Assembly (NCBI GenBank): GCA_041750285.1
Contig: JBGSZS010000018.1
Span: forward strand, 128,001-192,000
Source of the DNA: Candidatus Fermentibacteraceae bacterium
GTDB lineage: Bacteria; Fermentibacterota; Fermentibacteria; Fermentibacterales; JCC-6
DNA length: 64,000 nt
Direction of reading: 5' to 3'
The notes under the pieces are model-generated. The model worked only from the letters and a program-made list of their open reading frames with translations, did not search any database and was not told the DNA's origin. Below, piece after piece: positions 18,913-27,092 of the stretch; the stretch's first letter is position 1, and every line of letters begins with the position of its first letter. The position numbers and the translations under genes are program-made.

Positions 18913-19557
18913 CTAGAGGTGGATCCCCATCGTGGGAAGCCAGTCGAAGAGAAGGAACTGGGCCTGCCCGATGAGCAGGCTTATACGGGCCATGACGGTG
19001 TAGCCGAAACTCGCGCCGAAGGCCACCATCAGTATGGTTATGCCAGCACCCGCGGCCTTCCCGGTGATCCCCTCGTGCGGCTTGGAGAAGAAGAAGTAGA
19101 CAAGGCCGCAGACAACTCCCACGACCACGATGAGATTGTCTATGAAGCCCATCGTGCCCACGCCCGAAAGGGGCATGATCGTGCCCTCGATCTGGCTCAG
19201 GCAGTTCGTCTGAAGCGTGCTGACAAGACTGAGGCCGGCCCCGGTACCAACTATCATCGCAAGGGCCATCCGGGAGAGACCCGCTATTTTGGGTACAAGG
19301 CGCGCCAGCATGAACAATCCGAACACGCCGGGGATGATCATGAAGTAGTCGGGCGAACCGTCGCCCGCGCCGGTGAGCTCATCCCAGAAATTGGGCTTCA
19401 GGACGTTGAAGATGTTGTAGATGACCCAGTAGCCTGCACTCATGCCCACGAACAGATGCTCGGCGAACTTGTAGAAGGGGTTGTCACGGTATAGGAAGCT
19501 GTAGAGCATCAGGGTGAGCACGGCGCCCAGCCAGATCCCGATGATCTCCCAGTTCAT
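18913..19557 (-). CDS. Conserved hypothetical polytopic membrane protein
   Basis: About 6 hydrophobic segments; YSFLYRDNPFYKFAEHLFVG and FGASFGYTVMARISLLIG motifs; ATGA overlap with the upstream gene. Confidence 0.75.
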   Translation of the reverse strand: MNWEIIGIWLGAVLTLMLYSFLYRDNPFYKFAEHLFVGMSAGYWVIYNIFNVLKPNFWDELTGAGDGSPDYFMIIPGVFGLFMLARLVPKIAGLSRMALAMIVGTGAGLSLVSTLQTNCLSQIEGTIMPLSGVGTMGFIDNLIVVVGVVCGLVYFFFSKPHEGITGKAAGAGITILMVAFGASFGYTVMARISLLIGQAQFLLFDWLPTMGIHL

Positions 19558-20414
19558 TTCGGGGCCCCCTTCCTGCGCTTGTGGATCACAAGGTAAGAGA
19601 TGTTCCCTATGATTATGAAGGCCATTATCACGAGGTGGGCGATGGACTGGGCCGCCATCCCCGGGGTCGCCAGACCGGCCGGGGCATTCTCACGGCCCTC
19701 GCGTACCATGGTCTCGTAGTCGGCGGCGCCCTTCAGCCCGCCCAGCAGGCCCAGCATCTGACCTGTTCCAAGGTAGGTGTAGAACTCGGGGGCGCTTACC
19801 GCGGTGCACCCTCCGCCAACTGGCAGGCCGAACCTGTCGCCCGCCATCATCACCCAGGCGTGGATGCCGGGGTCGCCTGCGGAGAGGCTTATCACGAGGT
19901 CGATGTCACGAAGGCTCTGAACCCTTGTGAGAAGCGGGATCGAATCGTAGGGGAACCCGTCGCGGTCCTGCGGAAAGACGGCCCTGATCGAGCTGCCCAT
20001 CCGAACGATGGAAACACCTGCGCCCACGGTGTAGCCCAGGTTCACCCAGTCGTCGTACTGGGCCTTCCCGAGGCTGTCGCCCACCGCGGTCATGGCTTCC
20101 TGGCTGAGGCTTGCGCCCTGGGGCCACAGCGCCATGGCGATTATCCGGTGGCCCCTTGTGAACATGTGCTGTGTCAGGGCCACTGCCATGGGCTGAAGCT
20201 CGGGCATGGTCGAGGGGTCGTAGTCGTAGCTCACCAGAACGACCGAGCCTGAAGGCATTGCCTCGATGGCGTCGAAAAGGTCGCGGCTGGGGCCCTCTCC
20301 GACGGGAATGGGGTAGCTGAGCCTGAGCGAAAGGGGTACGAACACCGACAGGGCCATGAGCAGGTAGATCACCCTGCGGTCCACCCTGTCCAGCTTTTCA
20401 AGGATCTTCCTCAT
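19554..20414 (-). CDS. Hypothetical protein (TM - alpha/beta domain - TM)
   Basis: Start MRKILEKLDRVDRR with TGATG overlap; SYDYDPSTMPELQP, DWVNLGY, GLLGGLKGAADYE. Confidence 0.75.
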   Translation of the reverse strand: MRKILEKLDRVDRRVIYLLMALSVFVPLSLRLSYPIPVGEGPSRDLFDAIEAMPSGSVVLVSYDYDPSTMPELQPMAVALTQHMFTRGHRIIAMALWPQGASLSQEAMTAVGDSLGKAQYDDWVNLGYTVGAGVSIVRMGSSIRAVFPQDRDGFPYDSIPLLTRVQSLRDIDLVISLSAGDPGIHAWVMMAGDRFGLPVGGGCTAVSAPEFYTYLGTGQMLGLLGGLKGAADYETMVREGRENAPAGLATPGMAAQSIAHLVIMAFIIIGNISYLVIHKRRKGAPK

Positions 20415-21037
20415 CAGTCGGCACCTCCCAGGTAGCTGCGCTCGATGCCGAAGATCATCCTGAGGGAGGTGGCGACCACTCCCAGGGCGGCCCCGATCAT
20501 GACGGCGCGCTGACCCGCCATGTTGGGAACCTGCATCATCCATTCGCTGATCACGGGGATCTGTTTCCAGATCATCCCGCCGATGGGAACCCTTCCAAGC
20601 ATGACGATGAAGGCGCTGGCCAGAAGCAGCGTGGCCCTCCAGTTGCTTGCCCTGAACGCCCGAAACGCGGCGCTTGCCACGAAGAAGGCCAGAAGGCTGA
20701 ACATTGTGGCGCCCATGGGGACGACCATTGTCTGGAACATGTAGTCGAAGGGAAGGCTCTCCTCCACGCCCCAAACAAGACCGGCGGCCATCATGGCAAG
20801 GAAGCCGATGAGCACCACAGGGCTGTACTGCCAGTTCCGGGCCTTCGTGTTGATGCGGTGAACATGCACCTGGACAAGGTTTGCGGCGCCCAGGAAGATG
20901 GCGGCGGAGGCCACTATCATGTACCAGTCCGTCAGGCCGTCGCCTATGGTCGAGATTGGTCTGTGAGGGATGAAGAAGTGAAGTATCATCACGATCCCGC
21001 AGACGAAGGTAACCACAAGGGGAAGAAACAACCTCAT
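20414..21037 (-). CDS. Conserved hypothetical polytopic membrane protein
   Basis: About 6 TM segments; TMFSLLAFFVASAAFRAFRA; GIERSYLG. Confidence 0.75.
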   Translation of the reverse strand: MRLFLPLVVTFVCGIVMILHFFIPHRPISTIGDGLTDWYMIVASAAIFLGAANLVQVHVHRINTKARNWQYSPVVLIGFLAMMAAGLVWGVEESLPFDYMFQTMVVPMGATMFSLLAFFVASAAFRAFRASNWRATLLLASAFIVMLGRVPIGGMIWKQIPVISEWMMQVPNMAGQRAVMIGAALGVVATSLRMIFGIERSYLGGAD

Positions 21038-21047
21038 TTCACCCCTC

Positions 21048-22193
21048 CTACTCTACATGGGTGAGGAAGCGCAGGAACTCGGCGACCCTGCCCGCCGGCT
21101 CCCACCAGTAACCTGCGGTTGCTCCGATGACACCAATGACGATCATTATCATTATCACCAGTTTGGCCGCGTCCTGTCCTTTCAGGCTGCCGAGCAGCTT
21201 CGGTTCGCGGGACAGGTAGGCGCTGGCCGCGTAAAGCTCTTCGCCGATCAGGGTGTAGTCGCATGCGGCGATGAAGAAGGGGATCTGGCTGACCATTGCC
21301 GTCCCGGCGATCTGGATGGCGCCCACGCTCTTTCCCGTCTCGGCAAGGATGAGGCTCTCGGCGTAGAACGTTCCCAGAAGGAAGATGGCGGCGGGCCTCT
21401 GACGAACCATCATGCCGTCCACTCCCGCAGCGTAGCCGAACTGGTCGTCGGTGAGGTAGGTGATGTCTTCCCGCCGGAATGCGTCGGGGCGTCCCGTCTG
21501 AAGGTAGGCCTCTTTCACGACCTCCTGGGAAACGCTCATGACAACGCTTCTGCAGGTTGGAACAAGAAGCGAGGAACCGTACTCGGCCGCCTTGCGGGCA
21601 ACCCTCCCCAGGATGACCATGCTGGCTATGGTCTGGATGTCGTCCATGTCCATGATCCCAGGCACGTACATCACCGGTCTGCCCATCTCCGTGGCGCGGC
21701 CCACCGCGTCCTCCACGGCGTTCAGGCCGGCGATGCGCCGGACGAACAGGTCCTTCCCCCGCTTGCCTGCCTCGATGTAGAGCAGGATGATGACGCAGAG
21801 CACCACCGTTATCACTAGCATGCCGATCCGCCCGGAGTGAAGCCATCTGACTTCAGGCGACGCGCTGACCACGGGCCCCGGCTCACCCGGTTCGCCCTGA
21901 AGCCAGGGGACCAGCCTGTACGAGTACACGGTCCCGTTCTCAAGTTCGCTGTCGGTGTATCTGCCGTCTATCGGGGCCACCGAACCCACGTGCTCCCATT
22001 CCCCCCCGGGAGCCATCCGCTCCACGACGATGGAGTCGGGCACTGCAGGATCGGGGCTCACCGTCCACACAAGGCCTATCCTGCCACCGTCGTCGTCGGG
22101 CACGTCGGAAGCCTCGGTGGTCAGCACGAACCCGCCTCCCGATGCCGTGGCGGCCATCAGCACCAGGAGAAGCGCCGGAAGAAATGCTTTCAT
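21048..22193 (-). CDS. FN3-like domain plus DUF6754-like membrane protein
   Basis: Signal peptide; ASDVPDDDGGRIGLVW...YTDSELENGTVYSYRL (FN3-like); RRIAGLNAVEDAVGRATEMGRP; DYTLIGEELYAASAYLS. Confidence 0.75.
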   Translation of the reverse strand: MKAFLPALLLVLMAATASGGGFVLTTEASDVPDDDGGRIGLVWTVSPDPAVPDSIVVERMAPGGEWEHVGSVAPIDGRYTDSELENGTVYSYRLVPWLQGEPGEPGPVVSASPEVRWLHSGRIGMLVITVVLCVIILLYIEAGKRGKDLFVRRIAGLNAVEDAVGRATEMGRPVMYVPGIMDMDDIQTIASMVILGRVARKAAEYGSSLLVPTCRSVVMSVSQEVVKEAYLQTGRPDAFRREDITYLTDDQFGYAAGVDGMMVRQRPAAIFLLGTFYAESLILAETGKSVGAIQIAGTAMVSQIPFFIAACDYTLIGEELYAASAYLSREPKLLGSLKGQDAAKLVIMIMIVIGVIGATAGYWWEPAGRVAEFLRFLTHVE

Positions 22194-22269
22194 CTTATCC
22201 TGTGACCCCTTTCATGCCTGAGTGCAATGTGCGAAGATAGTGCCGCGTCCAAAAAAAGAAATCATCCGG

Positions 22270-22692
22270 TCAGAACTCGAAAACCTCGGATAATGCACTT
22301 GACAGGTTCTCGGGCGACCACATCCTCACCTCTCCCCCGGAGAGCCGGAAGAGGGCAAGCGCCCCCCACCCGAACCTTTCCACTACAGGTTTCAGGAAGG
22401 TGAACCTGGTGTTCACGATGTGCGAAAGAAGGTCAAGGTCGGCGAGCCTTTCCATCCGGCCCCTTATCCTGATCTGAACGCCTTTTTCACCGTTCCAGTA
22501 GCAAAGCTCAACCGTGGGGTCGGCCATGAGCTGGAGGCACACATCCTTGGTGGCGCCGGTGCAGAAAGTCAGCCCGTTCTCATCCACGACAGGAGTGTCC
22601 ATTGCACGCACCCTCGGCTCACCATTCTCGACGGTCGCCATGAATGATGTGGTGCAATCCCTGACGAAATCCAGAACCTCGTCCCGTTTCAT
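22270..22692 (-). CDS. Pyridoxamine 5'-phosphate oxidase-like FMN-binding protein
   Basis: FMATVENGEPRVRAM...FCTGATKDVCLQLMADPTVELCY...QIRIRG. Confidence 0.85.
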   Translation of the reverse strand: MKRDEVLDFVRDCTTSFMATVENGEPRVRAMDTPVVDENGLTFCTGATKDVCLQLMADPTVELCYWNGEKGVQIRIRGRMERLADLDLLSHIVNTRFTFLKPVVERFGWGALALFRLSGGEVRMWSPENLSSALSEVFEF

Positions 22693-22763
22693 ATCTTTCC
22701 CTCCGTTGGACGAACGGAAGATAAGTAACCCCGGCCATCCGGTACAGCGGAAGGAAGAACGTC

Positions 22764-23141
22764 ATGAAAAGGGTTGTCAGGGTTCTTGCGGTGACGATGG
22801 TCATCGCGGCATGCTCGGGCGCAGCCTGGGTCCTGAGGGGGGTTTACGACCGCATGTTCATGCTGGAAGGGGTGTTCCTTGTTACAAACGCCGCAGGCAG
22901 TGACATTCAGGTCGGGTTGGCCTTCCCTTCAGGCGAGAGAAGGGAGTTTCAGCTCGGCAGGGGCGCTTCGTGCACCTTCGTCCTGAAGGACACCGGCGAG
23001 GGCGGGATCGATGTCAGGGTCGGCGACGGCCCGGTGACCACCACGGGCTACGTGACATCCATCAACGACATGTGCGTGATCGCCGTGGGCGATTCCACGG
23101 TATCCTTCTCGCAGATCATACCCGGGATGATCGAAAGGTAG
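22764..23141 (+). CDS. Hypothetical exported or membrane-anchored small beta protein
   Basis: Hydrophobic N-terminus, beta-rich body, plausible RBS and codon usage. Confidence 0.6.
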   Translation: MKRVVRVLAVTMVIAACSGAAWVLRGVYDRMFMLEGVFLVTNAAGSDIQVGLAFPSGERREFQLGRGASCTFVLKDTGEGGIDVRVGDGPVTTTGYVTSINDMCVIAVGDSTVSFSQIIPGMIER

Positions 23142-23205
23142 AGGGCCAAAGGATCTACAGGCAGGTGGTCATGCTCTTTGATCTTGTAGATGCGCGCACC
23201 GGGTG

Positions 23206-24228
23206 TTACCCGGTGGATAGAATGCGCACAAGCTCCTCAGTAGCCTTGAGATGGTTTTCCAGGGAAAACCCGGGAAAGCTGAAGAGTGCTGAAGGCAGAG
23301 TACTGCCTGGTATGGCTGTCCGAATCAGTGGAAGTACCTTTTCTACAGCCAGGGCAAGGTGAGCCCCGGCATTTTCAGGTGTCTCTTCCGGGAGCACGGG
23401 CGTATTCCAGGCCAGCCAAAGGATCTCAAGCGCCCGGAATGCCCGTGGCCAGTCAATCCACCCGGGAACGCGCCCAACCCCAAGGAACGATGCCCAGATT
23501 CCACGGTCAATGCTGTACAATGTGGCCCGACCCCTTGAACGCCGGTTCAGAATGCCGGAAAGGTGCATTTCAGTCATCGTGTTGTAGATAGTCTTTGAGT
23601 AGTAGCCAGTGGCATCTGCCATTTCTGTGGGGTTTGCCTCGGGATGGGTAAGAAGGTATGCGACAACCTCGCACCGGGAGTTGTTCCCGAAGAGTGCCCT
23701 CAGTTTCAGAATGAGATTGGCGGGTTCGTGTGGGTCAAAGAAGCCGGACTTTCTGCTCATCCTCACCGGAGCTCTCAGATAGCCGGCCCTCTCGAAAGAC
23801 GCATCCGTAATACCCGTGTGAGGATGCGGTCGACCGTCTTTCAGCCGGAAAAGGGGCTCGGATACGGAGCGATCATCCACATTTGCTTTGCCCATCCTTT
23901 CCCACCTTGCCTTGTTCACGGGATTCGATATGAGATTGGCTATGGGAGCAAGCAGTTCTTTCCCGAAAAAACCGTGCCGAGCGCTGATGGTCTTCAGTCT
24001 TTGAACATTGAGAAGGCGCTGGTGCACCTGAAGCCACTCCAGCATTGAATCGAACACCCTTGCTTCGTACCTGCCCAGACTGCACGTGAAAATGACAAGG
24101 GCTTCCGGGTCGAGCATCCAATTCCCGGCTTCACTTCCGTGCCCGGGAACACCCAGAGTTACCCACTGCGACCAGACAAGGTCAAGCAGACTTTCCAGAA
24201 CCGTGTTTCTACAGCTTGTCAACGACAT
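23206..24228 (-). CDS. Winged-HTH-containing protein, putative partner (antitoxin/regulator) of the adjacent nucleotidyltransferase
   Basis: RCEVVAYLLTHPEANPTEMADATGYYSKTIYNTMTEMHLSGIL...GRATLYSI is wHTH-like; overlaps the upstream NTase gene by 20 nt. Confidence 0.65.
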   Translation of the reverse strand: MSLTSCRNTVLESLLDLVWSQWVTLGVPGHGSEAGNWMLDPEALVIFTCSLGRYEARVFDSMLEWLQVHQRLLNVQRLKTISARHGFFGKELLAPIANLISNPVNKARWERMGKANVDDRSVSEPLFRLKDGRPHPHTGITDASFERAGYLRAPVRMSRKSGFFDPHEPANLILKLRALFGNNSRCEVVAYLLTHPEANPTEMADATGYYSKTIYNTMTEMHLSGILNRRSRGRATLYSIDRGIWASFLGVGRVPGWIDWPRAFRALEILWLAWNTPVLPEETPENAGAHLALAVEKVLPLIRTAIPGSTLPSALFSFPGFSLENHLKATEELVRILSTG

Positions 24229-24790
24229 CGCCGTATCCCAGCTGCGTCAGCATGGAAAGAAGTACGACTCGAAACCCCCCGGATGGATCACACCCAAGGC
24301 ACCAGCGTGCCGCCCCGAGGACTTCATCGGGTGAAGGTTCGAGTGCAATCAGGTCATCAACATGGACTCCGAGGCTGTCTGCAGCGGCATATACCTTCAG
24401 AAACACCTGATCGATCCTGTCAATGAAATGCACGGTCAGATGAGATCCGTATCTTCTGGGATGGGCTCTTTCGAGAATCCCTTCGGGCAATCCGTCGAGA
24501 AGAAGACCTGCCGGTCCATTGTTCAGCCAGTCGGGCGTCATGCCCAAAACCCTGGCAACATCGAATGCCGCTTCCGTCAGAAGAGCCGGGAAGGGAACAG
24601 GGCTGACCAGGGCAGCTTCCGAATCGACCAGAGCCAGAACATCGACGTCCCTGGTTGTTCTTGTCACAAGTTCCATGGCGATGAGAGCGGATCCCCCGCA
24701 TACCACGAGTTCAATCCGTGATCCGCCAAGAATGCGAATCCTTCCGTCAAGCAGTCTGAAGGCCTTTTCCAAGTTTGTTGAATCCAGCAA
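24209..24790 (-). CDS. DNA pol-beta superfamily nucleotidyltransferase (DUF6036/AbiEii-like)
   Basis: LVVCGGSAL...RTTRDVD (GG/S plus DxD); WLNNGP; LKVYAA; probable TTG start at 24790 after GGAG. Confidence 0.8.
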   Translation of the reverse strand: MLDSTNLEKAFRLLDGRIRILGGSRIELVVCGGSALIAMELVTRTTRDVDVLALVDSEAALVSPVPFPALLTEAAFDVARVLGMTPDWLNNGPAGLLLDGLPEGILERAHPRRYGSHLTVHFIDRIDQVFLKVYAAADSLGVHVDDLIALEPSPDEVLGAARWCLGCDPSGGFRVVLLSMLTQLGYGDVVDKL

Positions 24791-24803
24791 GTCATCTCCA
24801 ATA

Positions 24804-24847
24804 GTATTTGTTGTACGTATCATAGGTACAACAAATACCAATGTCCA
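24804..24847 (-). promoter_or_regulatory. Promoter with overlapping 13-bp perfect inverted repeat (operator)
   Basis: Minus strand TGGACA-17-TATGAT; arms GTATTTGTTGTAC (24804-24816) and GTACAACAAATAC (24826-24838) flank the -10 box. Confidence 0.75.
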
Positions 24848-24894
24848 CTCAGGACAGCATTCCCCTTTCGTAAGCATGAGAAAGCTGCGCCCCG

Positions 24895-24928
24895 GCAAAA
24901 GCAAGGAAGGCCGCCCTTTCAGGCAGCC
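24895..24928 (-). terminator. Probable terminator of the small Cys-rich gene
   Basis: Minus strand GGCTGCC-TGAAAG-GGCGGCC followed by TTCCTTGCTTTT. Confidence 0.5.
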
Positions 24929-24952
24929 CCCCGCACGTCTTTCAGGAAGCTA

Positions 24953-25117
24953 TCAGCCGTTGCAGCAGCAGCAGCCGCCCGCCTTTTTGGAAACGACATC
25001 CATCGGCTTGCCGCAGCAGATCACTTCACAGTCCTGGCATCCGCAGCCCTTCGTCACCTCGAGCTCGACGCCGCACTCACTGCAGACAAGCTTGTCCCCA
25101 GCCTTGACTGGTTGCAT
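24953..25117 (-). CDS. 54-aa Cys-rich desulforedoxin-like/metallothionein-like protein
   Basis: Manual translation MQPVKAGDKLVCSECGVELEVTKGCGCQDCEVICCGKPMDVVSKKAGGCCCCNG; RBS GAAGGGG; tandem TGA TAG stops; absent from the ORF track (<60 aa). Confidence 0.8.
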   Translation of the reverse strand: MQPVKAGDKLVCSECGVELEVTKGCGCQDCEVICCGKPMDVVSKKAGGCCCCNG

Positions 25118-25189
25118 TTCATCCCCTTCCGTTTCGGAAACCCGATTGAACCCTGTTCAGGACCCGACTCTCCCCATCCATACACAAAC

Positions 25190-25198
25190 ATTATACCA
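25190..25198 (-). promoter_or_regulatory. Extended -10 promoter for the small Cys-rich gene
   Basis: Minus strand TGG-TATAAT about 70 nt upstream of the ATG. Confidence 0.55.
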
Positions 25199-25289
25199 CT
25201 TTTGTAAGAGATACCCACTGTACCCTTTACCGGTCATCTTTGCATGGAACCGCACCGGTCCGCTATTTTACGCCCTCACATCAATGAGA

Positions 25290-25388
25290 ATCTCTCCGAG
25301 CCCCCGGGGCTAAAGCACGGTGCCATGCCCCCCGGGCCGATAGGGTGCAACTGGAAACGGGTGCGCCTCCCGCACTTGGAAAGGAGAC
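25290..25388 (+). ncRNA. Moco RNA motif riboswitch, P3-less (Wco/Tuco-type) variant, in the pruA leader
   Basis: P1 TCTC-TCCGAG pairs with CTTGGA-(AAG)-GAGA and sequesters RBS AAGGAG; P2 CCGGGG..CTAA..CATG..CCCCGG is tetraloop-receptor-like; GGCCG junction; P4 GCA-A-CTG-GAAA-CGG-G-TGC; tail GCCTCCCGCACTTGGAAAGG matches the recalled Moco tail GCCTCCCGTATTTGGAAAGG. Confidence 0.8.
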
Positions 25389-25392
25389 TACC

Positions 25393-27015
25393 ATGAACGC
25401 CATTCTGCAGATTCCGAGGCCGGGCAACGAGCCGGTGCTGGAATACCGTCCGGGAAGCCCTGAGAGAGAGGCTCTGAGCGCTTCCCTCGCATCCTTTCGT
25501 TCCTCGCAGACAGAGATCCCCCTTCTCATCGGAGGCAGGGAGGTAAGGACCGGGAACCTCGGGGAATGCCGTGTTCCCCACGACCACGGTCACAGGCTGG
25601 GCGTCTTTCACAAGGCCGGCGCTGCCGAGGTCGCCCTTGCCATCGAAGAATCCCGGAAGGCCTGGAAAACCTGGTCCCGCACACCATGGGAGGAGAGGGC
25701 CGCGATCTGCCTGAAGGCTGCGGAGCTTGTTTCCAAGCTCTTCCGCAACACGATTAACGCAACGACCATGCTTTGCCAGAGCAAGACGGTGCACCAGTCC
25801 GAGATCGACGCCGTCTGCGAGATGGCTGATTTCCTGAGGATGAACACGTGGTTCATGCAGAGGATCTACCAGATGCAGCCCGAGAACTTCGCAGCCACAT
25901 GGAACCGGCTCGAGTACAGGGCGCTTGAGGGGTTCGTTTTCGCAGTCTCGCCCTTCAACTTCACATCGATAGGTGCCAACCTGTGCATGGCTCCGGCCCT
26001 GGCAGGGAACACCATCGTCTGGAAGCCCGCCTCCACTGCGGTGTACTCAAACTGGGAACTCATGAAGGTCTTCCGCGAGGCGGGGCTGCCCGAAGGCGTC
26101 ATCAACTTCGTACCAGGGGACTCCTCTCAGGTTGGACCGGCAGCCCTTAATGACAGGCGGCTGGCCGGGGTGCACTTCACAGGTTCCAACAGGGCGTTCA
26201 ACTCAATGTGGAAGACCGTCGCGGGGAACGTTGAGAACTACAGGACCTACCCGCGCATAGTCGGGGAAACGGGCGGCAAGGACTTCGTTGTCGCTCACGC
26301 ATCCGCGGAAGTGCGCGGTCTGGCGGCCTGTCTCATCCGTGGCGCGTTCGAGTTCCAGGGTCAGAAGTGTTCGGCCACATCCAGAGCCTACATACCCAAA
26401 TCGCTCTGGCCTTCCCTCAGGGACATTCTCGAAGAAAGCCTCTCAGCGGTCAAAGTGGGACCCGTGGAGGATTTCGGCAACTTCATGGGCGCGGTGATCG
26501 ACAGGGCCTCATTCGACAACATCCGCGGATACCTCGATTACGCCAGGGCGTGCCCCGACTGCACCGTGGCATTCGGAGGAGGGTGCGATGACAGCACCGG
26601 ATACTTCGTGGAGCCCACGGTGGTTCTGACCACCGACCCGCACTGCAGGCTGATGGAAGAGGAGATCTTCGGCCCCGTCCTGACGGTATACCTTTACGAT
26701 GAGAAAGATTATTCCGAAGTCCTTGCCCTCTGCGACGAAACCTCCCCCTACGCTCTTACGGGGGGCGTCTTCGCGACGGACAGGGAAGCCGTCCGCCTGG
26801 CAGAGACCGTTCTGGTCCACGCGGCCGGCAATTTCTACATAAACGACAAGACTACCGGTGCTACGGTTGGCCACCAGCCCTTCGGCGGAGGACGCTCCTC
26901 CGGAACGAATGACAAGGCCGGTTCGATCTACAACCTCCTTCGCTGGGTGAGCATCCGCACACTGAAGGAGTGCTTCAACACCGCCAGGGACTTCAGATAC
27001 CCGTTCCTGGGCTAG
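25393..27015 (+). CDS. pruA: L-glutamate gamma-semialdehyde (P5C) dehydrogenase
   Basis: NEPVLEYRPGSPER; LEGFVFAVSPFNFTSI; HFTGS; GETGGKDF; FEFQGQKCSA; EEIFGP; QPFGGGRSSGTNDKAGS. Confidence 0.95.
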   Translation: MNAILQIPRPGNEPVLEYRPGSPEREALSASLASFRSSQTEIPLLIGGREVRTGNLGECRVPHDHGHRLGVFHKAGAAEVALAIEESRKAWKTWSRTPWEERAAICLKAAELVSKLFRNTINATTMLCQSKTVHQSEIDAVCEMADFLRMNTWFMQRIYQMQPENFAATWNRLEYRALEGFVFAVSPFNFTSIGANLCMAPALAGNTIVWKPASTAVYSNWELMKVFREAGLPEGVINFVPGDSSQVGPAALNDRRLAGVHFTGSNRAFNSMWKTVAGNVENYRTYPRIVGETGGKDFVVAHASAEVRGLAACLIRGAFEFQGQKCSATSRAYIPKSLWPSLRDILEESLSAVKVGPVEDFGNFMGAVIDRASFDNIRGYLDYARACPDCTVAFGGGCDDSTGYFVEPTVVLTTDPHCRLMEEEIFGPVLTVYLYDEKDYSEVLALCDETSPYALTGGVFATDREAVRLAETVLVHAAGNFYINDKTTGATVGHQPFGGGRSSGTNDKAGSIYNLLRWVSIRTLKECFNTARDFRYPFLG

Positions 27016-27018
27016 ACA

Positions 27019-27055
27019 GGGATGGGCGCCGGGGCGGGTCCCCGGCGCCCATCCC
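27019..27055 (+). terminator. Strong hairpin after pruA (terminator or stabiliser)
   Basis: 16-bp perfect stem GGGATGGGCGCCGGGG-CGGGT-CCCCGGCGCCCATCCC; no U-tract. Confidence 0.6.
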
Positions 27056-27092
27056 GCTGTCAGGAGGCCAATAATGCCTTCATCAGCGCTTC

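Noticed and set aside
23153..23191. ATCTACA...TGTAGAT inverted repeat resembling a Cas12a repeat end
   Set aside because: Single copy, long imperfect loop, no spacers or cas genes
24950..24955. Selenocysteine readthrough at the TGA TAG end of the Cys-rich gene
   Set aside because: The nearby hairpin looks like a terminator and no SECIS-like stem follows the TGA directly; a double stop is simpler
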